Shown: positions 30,186 to 39,666 of the stretch, one piece after another
How the letters are laid out: each line of letters starts with the position of its first letter
Position numbering within the stretch: the stretch's first letter is position 1
Origin: Deferribacterales bacterium UBA4806
GTDB taxonomy: Bacteria > Chrysiogenota > Deferribacteres > Deferribacterales > UBA228
Assembly (NCBI GenBank): GCA_002402635.1
Contig: DHGE01000048.1
Location: 5,154-69,153 of the forward strand
Length of the DNA stretch: 64,000 nt
Direction of reading: 5' to 3'
Position numbers and translations under genes: made by a program
Notes under the pieces: generated by a model
The model's input: the letters and a program-made list of their open reading frames with translations, nothing else
Database searches by the model: none
Told to the model about the DNA's origin: nothing

Positions 30186-31160
30186 TTATTTAATATCTTT
30201 TTCTCTATTTCTTCTTTCTAGAAGCTCTTTATTTTCACTAATTTTCCTCATTAATTTTGCATTAAATTCTTCTGCCACATTACGCCCTATACTTTTAAGT
30301 AAGTAATTTTTTGCAGCAGTTTCTACCAAAACAGACATATCTCTTCCTGGATAAACAGGCAAAGAAATAAGTGGCAATTTAACATTAAATAATTTAAAAT
30401 AATCATCATCTAATCCCAATCGATCATAATTTATATTTTTGCCCCAATCCACAAATTTTATAACAAAATTAATTACTTTTTCTTGAGTAATGGAACCAAT
30501 ACCAAATATTTCCTTAATATTTATTATACCTAACCCCCTCAATTCAATGAAATATTGAAAAGTTTCATCACATTTTCCAATTAAATAATTTTGTTTTAAT
30601 CTCACTATTACACTATCATCCGAAACTAAACGATGGCCTTTATTTATCAGCTCTAGAGCACATTCACTCTTTCCAATTCCACTTCTCCCTATTATCAAAA
30701 GACCTATTCCGTAAACATCCATTAAATTACCATGTAATATTTCAAATGGCGACAGTTTTGACTCCAAAAAAGATTGAATAGATATTATTGCTGCTTCTGT
30801 ATTATGATGCGTTTTTAATAGTGGGATATTGTATTGCTTTATCACTTTTATAAGTTCGTATGGTATTTTCAGGTTTTTTGTAACTATTAAACAGGCAATT
30901 TCTTTATCATCACACAGATTATTTATAGCTTTTACTCTTCCCTTTGAATCAAGAGACCATAAATATGATATCTCCGTCTCACCTAGAATTTGAACACGAC
31001 CGCTATGAATATGTTTTGTATAACCTGCAAGTGCTAAGCCAGGTTTCTGTATTTTAGAGCTTTCTATTGTTCTTGTGTTAATAATATTTTTTCCAAAGAT
31101 TAATTTTAAATCAAGCTCTTTTGCTTCGAATGTAAGTAATTTTGATACAGTTATACTCAT
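30186..31160 (-). CDS. hprK: HPr kinase/phosphorylase
   Basis: 324 aa. P-loop GRSGIGKSECALELI and the following HRLVSDD block. Confidence 0.9.
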   Translation of the reverse strand: MSITVSKLLTFEAKELDLKLIFGKNIINTRTIESSKIQKPGLALAGYTKHIHSGRVQILGETEISYLWSLDSKGRVKAINNLCDDKEIACLIVTKNLKIPYELIKVIKQYNIPLLKTHHNTEAAIISIQSFLESKLSPFEILHGNLMDVYGIGLLIIGRSGIGKSECALELINKGHRLVSDDSVIVRLKQNYLIGKCDETFQYFIELRGLGIINIKEIFGIGSITQEKVINFVIKFVDWGKNINYDRLGLDDDYFKLFNVKLPLISLPVYPGRDMSVLVETAAKNYLLKSIGRNVAEEFNAKLMRKISENKELLERRNREKDIK

Positions 31161-31618
31161 AATTTAGATTCTTCTTCAATTAAGATACTATATATTTCTT
31201 TAGGATCAGTTGCAGCAGAAGCTCTTTTAACAAAATCAGTATCTTTTGCAAGATGTGAAATATGAGCTAGGAGATTAAGATGGGTAATTAAATCTCCATC
31301 AGGAGTTAATAATAAAAACAATATTTTAACAGACCTTTTATCACTAGCTTCGAAATCAACTCCTTGCTTTACATTACAAATCAATATATGAGGTGTATTA
31401 ATGTGAGAGATTCTTACATGTGGAATAGCTACACCGTTACCGATAGCAGTGCTACCTAATTTCTCCCTCTCTAACAACTGAGTATATATACTTTCTGAAT
31501 TATTCAATTCGTCTAACAGGCATAGTCTATCTAATAGTAATTTTATTAACTCATCTTTTTTATATTTTTTATCAATTAATATTACATGGTTTGGATCAAT
31601 GATATCTCCAAGTTTCAT
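31157..31618 (-). CDS. ptsN: PTS EIIA-Ntr (nitrogen regulatory IIA)
   Basis: 153 aa. EIIA type-2 domain with a phosphorylatable His in GNGVAIPHVR. It lies directly after hpf/rpoN. Confidence 0.85.
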   Translation of the reverse strand: MKLGDIIDPNHVILIDKKYKKDELIKLLLDRLCLLDELNNSESIYTQLLEREKLGSTAIGNGVAIPHVRISHINTPHILICNVKQGVDFEASDKRSVKILFLLLTPDGDLITHLNLLAHISHLAKDTDFVKRASAATDPKEIYSILIEEESKL

Positions 31619-32148
31619 GGTTGGATTAAACCTATATTACCATCATCTCGTTTATATACTACATTTACATCATTTGTTTGTGCGTTTTTAAAAACAAAAA
31701 AATTCTTATTCAACAAATTCATTTGCATAACGGCTTCTTCTATATTCATTGGTTTTGCAGGCATTTCTTTACTTATTATAATTTTAGGTGACTCTTCGTC
31801 AAAGCTTTCTGTCTCAAATATGTTTAATTTGAATACATCACTATTTATTGTTTCATTTATAACCCTCTCTTTTAATTTTTCCTTATATTTTGCAAGTTGA
31901 CGTTCAATTTTATCAATTGCTAAATCAATAGATGCATACAAATCTTCAGATTTTTCTAATCCCTTTAAGAATACACCCTTTGCATTAACAAGTATTTCGG
32001 CAGTATGAACATTCTTTTGAATTTCAAGAACTACATTAATATCAAGGACATAATCAAAGTATTTCTCAATCCTTAATAATTTTTTTTCAACATAATCTTT
32101 TAAAGCGTTTGTCAACTCTAAATTTTTTGCAGTAATTTGAACATTCAT
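31615..32148 (-). CDS. hpf: Ribosome hibernation promoting factor, long form
   Basis: 177 aa. N-terminal YfiA/HPF domain (ITAKNLELTNALKDYVEKK) plus a C-terminal extension. It lies directly after rpoN. Confidence 0.9.
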   Translation of the reverse strand: MNVQITAKNLELTNALKDYVEKKLLRIEKYFDYVLDINVVLEIQKNVHTAEILVNAKGVFLKGLEKSEDLYASIDLAIDKIERQLAKYKEKLKERVINETINSDVFKLNIFETESFDEESPKIIISKEMPAKPMNIEEAVMQMNLLNKNFFVFKNAQTNDVNVVYKRDDGNIGLIQP

Positions 32149-33543
32149 TTAATTCTCCTTTTTTCTTAATATTTTTGAAGGTATTTTCAATTCTTCTCTA
32201 TACTTAGTTACAGTTCTTCGAGCTATTTGAACACCTCTTTCCATTAATATTTCAGATATTTTTTTATCAGAAAAAGGACTTTCTAGAGGCTCTTCTTTTA
32301 TAATTGAAGATATGAGCTTTTTAATTTTATCAACACTCAAGGTACCATCAACTGTGTCATATCCTTTTATAAACAGCATTTTCAATTCTATTAGTCCATA
32401 TTTTGTATGGGCATATTTACCTGAAGTTACTCGACTAACCGTCGATTCATGTAATTTAGTTCTATTTGCGATATCCTTTAATCTCATTGGTTTCAAATAA
32501 TCATAACCATTCAGAAAAAAATCTCTCTGGTAATCAACTATTGCTTCAGTAACCTTTAATATTGCTTGTTTTCGCAACTTTAAACTTTTAATTACCCACT
32601 CAGCTTTTCTTATTTTTTCTTCTATATACTCCTTAGTTTTTTCATCTAAATTATCTTGTTCAAGTAATTTTAAATAATAATCATTTACTCTCAATACTGG
32701 CAGATCTCTTTCATTAACAAAAACATTAAAATCACTATTTAAATTCTGTATATAAACATCTGGATATATATAACTTGCATTCTCAGAATATTTTAGCCCA
32801 GGTTTTGGATCGATTTTCTTTAAAATATAATTTAGATATTCACAATAATCCTTGCTATAATTTTTATCTTGTAAAACCTTTTGTATATTATAAATACTTG
32901 CTTCCCCCATAGTGTCTACTATTTCTTCTATGTCATTAATTACAACCTTATCAATTTGCATATCATATAATTGAATATTTATACATTCCTTTAAATTTCT
33001 GCTAGCTATACCAGCTGGATCAAATCGTTGTATTAATTTCAATACATCTAATACTTCATTTATTGATACGTTTAATTCTTTTGCTACTTCATTAATATCA
33101 AGTCTAAAATACCCATTTTGATCTAAATTACCAATAATGTATTCACCAATTGCTTTAGATAAACTATCTATCCCACTGATTCTTAATTGAAATAAAAGAT
33201 GCTCTTCAAGAGTTAATGGGTTAGCAACAAAATTCTCATAGTTAATTTCATTGTCAACTGTTTTTTTTCTATATTGAAACTCCCCTCCTTCTATATTATC
33301 AACATCTTGATTATGTTCAATTATTGTTTCGTTTTTGTTGCTCTTTTCATCTGTATCCCAATTGAAAAGATCAGGTCCTTCCGCCTCTTCAAGAGTTGGA
33401 TTATCTTCAATAATTGTATTTATCTCTTTGATTATATCTACCATATTCATCTGAAGAATATTTAAGGATAGTTTCATTTGTGGAGAAATAATAAGTTTAT
33501 GTTGAGGTTTTATATCTAAATTAACAGATAATTTATTTTTCAT
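32149..33543 (-). CDS. rpoN: RNA polymerase sigma-54 factor
   Basis: 464 aa. RpoN box ARRTVTKYR, a preceding HTH (HESTVSRVTSGKY), and a Leu/Gln-rich region I. Confidence 0.95.
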   Translation of the reverse strand: MKNKLSVNLDIKPQHKLIISPQMKLSLNILQMNMVDIIKEINTIIEDNPTLEEAEGPDLFNWDTDEKSNKNETIIEHNQDVDNIEGGEFQYRKKTVDNEINYENFVANPLTLEEHLLFQLRISGIDSLSKAIGEYIIGNLDQNGYFRLDINEVAKELNVSINEVLDVLKLIQRFDPAGIASRNLKECINIQLYDMQIDKVVINDIEEIVDTMGEASIYNIQKVLQDKNYSKDYCEYLNYILKKIDPKPGLKYSENASYIYPDVYIQNLNSDFNVFVNERDLPVLRVNDYYLKLLEQDNLDEKTKEYIEEKIRKAEWVIKSLKLRKQAILKVTEAIVDYQRDFFLNGYDYLKPMRLKDIANRTKLHESTVSRVTSGKYAHTKYGLIELKMLFIKGYDTVDGTLSVDKIKKLISSIIKEEPLESPFSDKKISEILMERGVQIARRTVTKYREELKIPSKILRKKEN

Positions 33544-34280
33544 TATAAATGAAATCCTTTCCCTAGATAGTAATCTACTACCTTTTCATGATTAACCAAT
33601 TCCTGAGGGTTGCCTTCCGCTAAAATTGTCCCATTGTACATAATATATGCTCTATCGGTAATAGACAAAGTTTCTCTGACATTATGGTCTGTTATAAGTA
33701 TACCTATATTTCTATTTTTTAGATCAAAGATCATATCCTGAATTTCAAGTATTGATTTTGGGTCAATTCCAGTAAATGGCTCATCTAATAGTATAATTTC
33801 AGGATTTAAGGAAAGTGTTCTAGCTATTTCTACTCGCCTTCTTTCACCACCTGATAACATATAGCCCTTTGAATCTCTTACATTTTCTAATCCAAAATCT
33901 ATTATTAACTCTTCTGTTCTCTCTTTGATATATTTATAATCTTTATATCTTAATTCTAAAACAGCATAAATATTTTCATAAACAGTTAATTTACGAAATA
34001 TTGAAGCTTCCTGTGGTAGATAGCCCAATCCAGATAAAGCTCTTTTATATATAGGCTGGTTTGTAATATCTTCTTCAAAAAAAGTAATCTTACCTCCATC
34101 AGGCTTAATAATCCCAACTATCATATAAAAAGTTGTTGTCTTACCAGCTCCGTTGGGACCTAGCAATCCAACAACTTCACCTTTATGTATATTTAATGAA
34201 ACATTTTCTACAACTTTCTTTGATTTATATGTTTTTTTTAGTTCCATTACATCAAGGGACATTATTTTCTCCATTTTCAT
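33543..34280 (-). CDS. lptB: LPS export ABC transporter ATP-binding protein LptB
   Basis: ABC motifs GLLGPNGAGKTT, LSGGERRRVEIAR and ILLDEPF. It has the conserved position between lptA and rpoN. The true start is probably one of the internal Mets (MSLDV.. or MELKK..), which reduces the 29-nt overlap with lptA. Confidence 0.9.
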   Translation of the reverse strand: MKMEKIMSLDVMELKKTYKSKKVVENVSLNIHKGEVVGLLGPNGAGKTTTFYMIVGIIKPDGGKITFFEEDITNQPIYKRALSGLGYLPQEASIFRKLTVYENIYAVLELRYKDYKYIKERTEELIIDFGLENVRDSKGYMLSGGERRRVEIARTLSLNPEIILLDEPFTGIDPKSILEIQDMIFDLKNRNIGILITDHNVRETLSITDRAYIMYNGTILAEGNPQELVNHEKVVDYYLGKGFHL

Positions 34281-34722
34281 CTTCTTCAGGTTTAAATATA
34301 ACTATAACTCTTTTATTTCTTCCTTTTGTTACTTCGATTCTGTTAGCCTTCGTATATATTGTAATCTGTTCACCCTCTAAATAATTATCGTCTTGCCATA
34401 CTTTTACACCATTTAGCAGATAGAATATATTATTGTTAACATCATATTCAGCTTTCTTTGCTGTTGCAGTTATATTGTCATTTATTAATTTTACATTGCC
34501 TTCACATATAATTCTATCTATTTTGTTATCATCATTCATATATACATACATTTTTTCAGAAAATATTTGATTATTTTCATATTCAGCTTTTACATTTCCT
34601 TCAAAAAGAGAATACTTTTTTTCACCTAAATATCTTAATGTATTCGACTCAATTTTAATTGGTTCGTTACTTGCGCTTATAATCATTAATGATAACAAAA
34701 TCAAAAAAAGTTTATTTTTCAT
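34252..34722 (-). CDS. lptA: LPS transport periplasmic protein LptA (OstA-like)
   Basis: 156 aa with a signal peptide (MKNKLFLILLSLMIISA). The call rests on the repetitive beta-strand-like sequence and the position between lptC and lptB. Confidence 0.65.
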   Translation of the reverse strand: MKNKLFLILLSLMIISASNEPIKIESNTLRYLGEKKYSLFEGNVKAEYENNQIFSEKMYVYMNDDNKIDRIICEGNVKLINDNITATAKKAEYDVNNNIFYLLNGVKVWQDDNYLEGEQITIYTKANRIEVTKGRNKRVIVIFKPEEDENGENNVP

Positions 34723-35260
34723 AAATAGCCCTCACATTACCATCAAAAAAAAGTTCCTTAGATCGTTTATAAATGTTTAGGGTGTTAGCGCTTATTGAAT
34801 TACCATTTTTTATAATACTTACCCCATTCTTTATATTACCATATCCATCATTTATAAAAAATTCAAAAATTCCATTTTCTTTACTAAAAAAAACTACATC
34901 ATTTATTTTCCCTTTTATATTTTTTTTTAACACAATACTTTTATCTTCAATATACAAACAGTCCTTTGCCTCAACGTATATATTTTTTTCATTTTTTTCA
35001 TAACTAATATAACAGTTCTCTAATTTAACACTTTCACTATTTCTGTCAACATATGCAATGTTTGCAGAAACCTTTATTTTCCCATGGGGGTGTAAATTTC
35101 TATCAAGCGTCAAATTATCTATAATCATAAGTGATGAATTATCATTTTTTTCTTTAGAAAAAAATATAGCTGCTCTCTGCATCTTATAAATATGAAATGT
35201 AATAGCAGCCACAATAAAAAGAGCAATACATATGATAGTAATGGTGATGAATCTTTTCAT
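34712..35260 (-). CDS. lptC: LPS export system protein LptC
   Basis: 182 aa with a single N-terminal TM (ITITIICIALFIVAAITF). The call rests mostly on size, topology and the kdsC-lptC-lptA-lptB order. Confidence 0.55.
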   Translation of the reverse strand: MKRFITITIICIALFIVAAITFHIYKMQRAAIFFSKEKNDNSSLMIIDNLTLDRNLHPHGKIKVSANIAYVDRNSESVKLENCYISYEKNEKNIYVEAKDCLYIEDKSIVLKKNIKGKINDVVFFSKENGIFEFFINDGYGNIKNGVSIIKNGNSISANTLNIYKRSKELFFDGNVRAIYEK

Positions 35261-35727
35261 CTCTTCTTATTCAAATTAATTATATAATCAATAAAATATC
35301 TAACCGCTCCTTTACCACCATTCACAGGGGTAACAATATGAGCGCTATCTTTAACATAATCAAAGGAATCATTAGTTGTTGCTGATATTCCAACCTTATT
35401 CATTAGTTCTATGTCATTTACATCATCTCCAATAAAAGCAACTTCATTATCTTCCCAGCCATTTTTTAGTTTCAATGTTTCATAAAATGCTAGTTTATTA
35501 TTAACTCCCTGAAAGACCTTAGTTATTTCTAATTCTTTTGCTCTGATTGTCGTTATATTAGAGGTTCTACCTGAGATTATAATCACTTCAACATTCATTT
35601 TTTGTAAAAGTTTTATTCCAAAACCATCTCGCACATTGAATATTTTATATTCTTTCCCTTCATTGTCATATATTATAGAACCATCAGTCATGACTCCATC
35701 CACATCTAACATAAGTACTTTAATCAT
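35257..35727 (-). CDS. kdsC: 3-deoxy-D-manno-octulosonate 8-phosphate phosphatase
   Basis: 156 aa. HAD motifs MLDVDGVMTDG and GDDVNDI. It lies upstream of lptC. Confidence 0.85.
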   Translation of the reverse strand: MIKVLMLDVDGVMTDGSIIYDNEGKEYKIFNVRDGFGIKLLQKMNVEVIIISGRTSNITTIRAKELEITKVFQGVNNKLAFYETLKLKNGWEDNEVAFIGDDVNDIELMNKVGISATTNDSFDYVKDSAHIVTPVNGGKGAVRYFIDYIINLNKKR

Positions 35728-35828
35728 TATGCAATTCCTGATTTTATTAAGTCGTGCATATGTAGTAAATCTTTTATTGCTTCTATTTCATTTTTAATTA
35801 CATTTTTACCAATTTCAGTTATTTCCAT
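35727..35828 (-). pseudogene. 33-codon ORF resembling the N-terminus of arabinose-5-phosphate isomerase KdsD/KpsF; possible deletion remnant or coupling ORF
   Basis: Minus-strand ATG at 35828 gives [33 protein letters not shown]. It overlaps the kdsA end by 10 nt and the kdsC start as TAATG. The pattern GK.VI..E.EAI..L recalls the KdsD N-terminal helix, and this is the position of kdsD in the E. coli locus. Confidence 0.3.
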
Positions 35829-36589
35829 AGAACTTTTTCAATCGCTAATGCATCATTAAGAACATTTTCTAGCATAACAAAATCAACCATATTTTTACCA
35901 TCACATAATGCATTTTCGGGATCTGGGTGCACTTCCATAAATAAACCATCAACACCACAAGCAATAGCGGCTCTTGATAAATATGGAACAAAATGCCTCT
36001 CACCATCAGAAGAATTCTTTCCCTTAGATGGTAATTGCACTGAGTGGGTAGCGTCAAAAATAACTTTATATCCAAATGATTTTAATATTGGAAAAGATCT
36101 ATAATCAACTACTAGATTATTATATCCAAAGGTAAAACCTCTTTCAGTAATTAATATGTCAATAGCGTTAAAATATTTAAGTTTTTCTATAACATCTTTC
36201 ATATCCCATGGTGCCATAAACTGACCTTTTTTGACATTAATAATTTTTTTTGAATCTGCTGCAGTTTTAAGTAAATCAGTTTGTCTGCAGAGAAAAGCAG
36301 GAATTTGAATAATATCAACAACATCCTTAATTATGTCGACTTCTGAATCTCGATGCACATCTGTTAATATTTTTACATCAAATTCTCTTTTTAATTTTTC
36401 AAATATTTTATACCCAACTTCAATACCAGGACCTCTAAATGAATTTATAGAACTTCTGTTTGCCTTATCGTAGGAAGATTTAAAATACAACTCAATTTTG
36501 TATTTATCTGTTAACTTAACTAGAAAGTCACATGTTCTAAAAATAATGTTTTCATTTTCAATAACACAAGGTCCAGCAATTAATATCAT
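35819..36589 (-). CDS. kdsA: 2-dehydro-3-deoxyphosphooctonate aldolase (KDO-8-P synthase)
   Basis: 256 aa. Blocks [20 protein letters not shown] and DATHSVQLP. Confidence 0.9.
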   Translation of the reverse strand: MILIAGPCVIENENIIFRTCDFLVKLTDKYKIELYFKSSYDKANRSSINSFRGPGIEVGYKIFEKLKREFDVKILTDVHRDSEVDIIKDVVDIIQIPAFLCRQTDLLKTAADSKKIINVKKGQFMAPWDMKDVIEKLKYFNAIDILITERGFTFGYNNLVVDYRSFPILKSFGYKVIFDATHSVQLPSKGKNSSDGERHFVPYLSRAAIACGVDGLFMEVHPDPENALCDGKNMVDFVMLENVLNDALAIEKVLWK

Positions 36590-38214
36590 AAAACATTGCT
36601 CTTAATTTCTTTTAATTTATCAATTTTAAAACTATAGGCTGCCTTTATAAAATCTACAAATAAAGGATGTGGTTTAAAAGGTTTAGATTTAAATTCTGGA
36701 TGAAATTGGCAACCTATAAACCATCTGTGAGATTTAATTTCAACAATCTCAACAAGATTTTTATCAGGATTGATTCCACCTATGTTCATGCCAGCTTGAA
36801 TAAATTTGTCTTTATATACATTATTGAATTCCAATCTATGTCTATGTCTTTCATATACCTCTTTAACTCCATAAGCTCTATAAGCATTACTATCCTCATT
36901 TAATTGACATAAATAAGAGCCTAATCGCATTGAGCCACCATAATTTTTTATTTTCTTCTGTTCCATCATATAATCTATTACTGGATAGTCAGTATTTTCA
37001 TCAAATTCGACAGAATTTGCATTGGTAAACTTTAATACATTCCTTGCGTATTCAATAACAGCACATTGCATGCCAAGGCAGATTCCAAAAAAAGGAACAT
37101 CTTTAATTCTTGCATAATTTGCCGCATTAATCTTTCCTGCAATTCCTCTTTCTCCAAATCCACCAGGTATTAAAATACCATCTATTTGTTCAAAGGTAAT
37201 ACTATCAAATTTTTTTTCTAAATCTTCAGCATTAATCCACTTAATATTTACTTTTAAATTATTTGCTATACCTCCATGAGACAAAGCTTCATTTAGACTT
37301 AAATAAGCATCTTTCAGATCAACGTATTTACCAACAACAGCAATATTAACTTCGTCCTTTGGATGTTTTATTCTATCAACTATTTCATCCCATTTTTCAA
37401 GTGAAATTTCTTTATTATCCATTGCAAGTTTTTTTAAAATTAAACTATCAATACCTTCCTTATACAAGTATATGGGCAGCTGATAAATTGTAGATACATC
37501 AACAGCATTAATTACTGCCTCTATTGAAACATTACAAAATAATGCTATTTTTCTTCTTATTTCGTTATCTAGTGGATATTCAGATCTACACACAAGTAGA
37601 TCAGGCTGGATACCAATTGCTCTTAATTCTCTTACAGAGTGTTGAGTGGGTTTTGTTTTTAATTCACCTGCACTTCTTATAAAAGGTACCAAAGTAACAT
37701 GTATGTATATAATATTCTCCACTCCAACATCAAATCTCAATTGCCTAATTGTTTCAAGAAATGGTAAACTTTCAATATCACCGACAGTTCCACCAATTTC
37801 AGTAATAATAAAATTGAACTTGTCAGAATGTTTTAATATTACCTTCTTTATTTCATCAGTAATATGAGGAATTACTTGCACAGTATTACCTAAATAAACA
37901 CCTCTTCTTTCTTTATTAATAACTTCATAATAGATTTGCCCTGTCGTAATATTACAATCTTTCTTGGTTTCTGTGCTTAAAAACCTTTCATAGTGACCTA
38001 AGTCTAAATCCGTTTCAGCTCCATCCTCAGTTACATATACTTCGCCATGTTGAAATGGATTCATAGTCCCAGGATCCACATTTATATAAGGATCCAGTTT
38101 TTTAATTAAAACTGAATATCCTCTGCCTTCAAGAAGTGCCCCTATAGAAGCTGCAGTTATACCCTTTCCTAATGAAGACAAAACACCACCTGTAATAAAT
38201 ATAAATTTAGCCAT
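36586..38214 (-). CDS. pyrG: CTP synthase
   Basis: 542 aa. N-terminal [13 protein letters not shown] and a glutamine amidotransferase domain with GICLGMQ and HRHRLEFN. Confidence 0.97.
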   Translation of the reverse strand: MAKFIFITGGVLSSLGKGITAASIGALLEGRGYSVLIKKLDPYINVDPGTMNPFQHGEVYVTEDGAETDLDLGHYERFLSTETKKDCNITTGQIYYEVINKERRGVYLGNTVQVIPHITDEIKKVILKHSDKFNFIITEIGGTVGDIESLPFLETIRQLRFDVGVENIIYIHVTLVPFIRSAGELKTKPTQHSVRELRAIGIQPDLLVCRSEYPLDNEIRRKIALFCNVSIEAVINAVDVSTIYQLPIYLYKEGIDSLILKKLAMDNKEISLEKWDEIVDRIKHPKDEVNIAVVGKYVDLKDAYLSLNEALSHGGIANNLKVNIKWINAEDLEKKFDSITFEQIDGILIPGGFGERGIAGKINAANYARIKDVPFFGICLGMQCAVIEYARNVLKFTNANSVEFDENTDYPVIDYMMEQKKIKNYGGSMRLGSYLCQLNEDSNAYRAYGVKEVYERHRHRLEFNNVYKDKFIQAGMNIGGINPDKNLVEIVEIKSHRWFIGCQFHPEFKSKPFKPHPLFVDFIKAAYSFKIDKLKEIKSNVL

Positions 38215-38938
38215 TAATATCTACCTCTTTCAAATATTTTTCAGCTTTTTTAACATCTGCTAATGTATTTATTGATATTATATTATTATACCATTGCAGC
38301 ATTTTTATGGGTATATTATTTTCCAATGCTCTTAATTGTTCTAGGTGCTCTTTGTCTTCTATATATCCTCTTTGCATGGAAGAAAAAGCCATCAAGGTAT
38401 CTCTATGAAAACCGTAGACTCCAATATGTTTGTTATATAATTTTTTAACAGTATCAACATAATAAGGAATCAATGCTCTAGAAAAATAAAGCGCAAAATT
38501 TTGTTTATCCATAACAACCTTAACTATATTTGGATCTTTTGCTTCTAATTCATCTATCTCCACAAAAGGTGTATTTATGTAGTTTGAATTGTCTCTTCTT
38601 AAATCTTCTATTAATAAATTTAATAATTCAGGAGATATGAAAGGTTCATCACATTGAACATTTAAAATAATATTATCATCATATTTATCCAAAACACGTG
38701 CAGCTCTATCACTACCACAGACAACAGGTGTTTTATCAAGAATGTTATCTGTTATATCTAATTTTTTACAAACATTAAAGACCTCTTCACTATCTGTTAT
38801 AACAACTATTCTATCTGCAATACTTTTAATACATTGGTCAACTACTCTTAAAATAAGCTCCTTGTCACCTATTTTTATTAAGGCTTTTCCATATAACCTT
38901 TTTGATCCTAATCTAACTGGTATTACTATTAAACTCAT
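38207..38938 (-). CDS. kdsB: 3-deoxy-manno-octulosonate cytidylyltransferase (CMP-KDO synthetase)
   Basis: 243 aa. N-terminal [13 protein letters not shown] and a NVQCDEPF block. Confidence 0.85.
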   Translation of the reverse strand: MSLIVIPVRLGSKRLYGKALIKIGDKELILRVVDQCIKSIADRIVVITDSEEVFNVCKKLDITDNILDKTPVVCGSDRAARVLDKYDDNIILNVQCDEPFISPELLNLLIEDLRRDNSNYINTPFVEIDELEAKDPNIVKVVMDKQNFALYFSRALIPYYVDTVKKLYNKHIGVYGFHRDTLMAFSSMQRGYIEDKEHLEQLRALENNIPIKMLQWYNNIISINTLADVKKAEKYLKEVDING

Positions 38939-39666
38939 AGATTTGTCTTTGAATAAGTAATAATAATTTCCTTCATCGTTTTGACAGCTTCAAATAAACC
39001 TATATACACACTTCTTGCTATAATAGAATGGCCTATATTAACTTCATACAACCCCTCAATTTGCAAAATATCTATAATATTTTGATAGTCTAGGCCATGA
39101 CCAGCACTAACTAAAAGTCCACAATTTTTAGCATAATTGGCTGCAGAAATTATTTTATCTAATTCCTCTGCTTTTTTCTTTCCCTTTGAATTTGCATAAC
39201 AACCAGTATGGAGTTCTATAATTTTTGCCCCTACTTTTTTTGCTCCATCAATCTGTTTTTTATCACAATCAATAAATAAGCTTATATCTATACCAGCAAA
39301 TTTAAGCTTGTCTATTTGCTTTTCTAAATAATCCATATTATCAACTACATTAAGACCGCCCTCTGTTGTTAACTCCTTTCTTTTTTCAGGTACCAATGTA
39401 CACATATCTGGTTTATTCTTTAAAGCAATATTTATGATTTCATCGGTCGCAGCCATTTCTAGATTTAATCTCGTATTGATCGTTTCTCTGAGAAGGATAA
39501 GATCTCTTTCCTGTATGTGACGTCTATCTTCTCTAAGATGAACTGTTATACCATCTCCACCAGCAAGCTCTACAAGTAGAGCACACCTCACAGGGTCAGG
39601 GTCTTTAGCCAACCTTGCCTGTCTTACTGTTGCTACATGATCAATGTTAACACCAAGTTTTACCAT
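38935..39666 (-). CDS. pdxJ: Pyridoxine 5'-phosphate synthase
   Basis: 243 aa. LGVNIDHVATVRQAR, HLREDRRHI and a SAGHGL block. Confidence 0.95.
   Translation of the reverse strand: MVKLGVNIDHVATVRQARLAKDPDPVRCALLVELAGGDGITVHLREDRRHIQERDLILLRETINTRLNLEMAATDEIINIALKNKPDMCTLVPEKRKELTTEGGLNVVDNMDYLEKQIDKLKFAGIDISLFIDCDKKQIDGAKKVGAKIIELHTGCYANSKGKKKAEELDKIISAANYAKNCGLLVSAGHGLDYQNIIDILQIEGLYEVNIGHSIIARSVYIGLFEAVKTMKEIIITYSKTNL

Noticed and set aside
34133-34384. Two overlapping plus-strand ORFs (83 and 75 aa) across the lptB/lptA junction.
   Set aside because: They are antisense to lptB/lptA, have low-complexity products, and lack translation signals.
35869-36075. Nested same-strand ORFs inside kdsA (68 aa), ftsH (44803..45009, 68 aa) and the AorA-like gene (52346..52528, 60 aa).
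   Set aside because: They are alternative frames within well-supported genes and lack start context or motifs.
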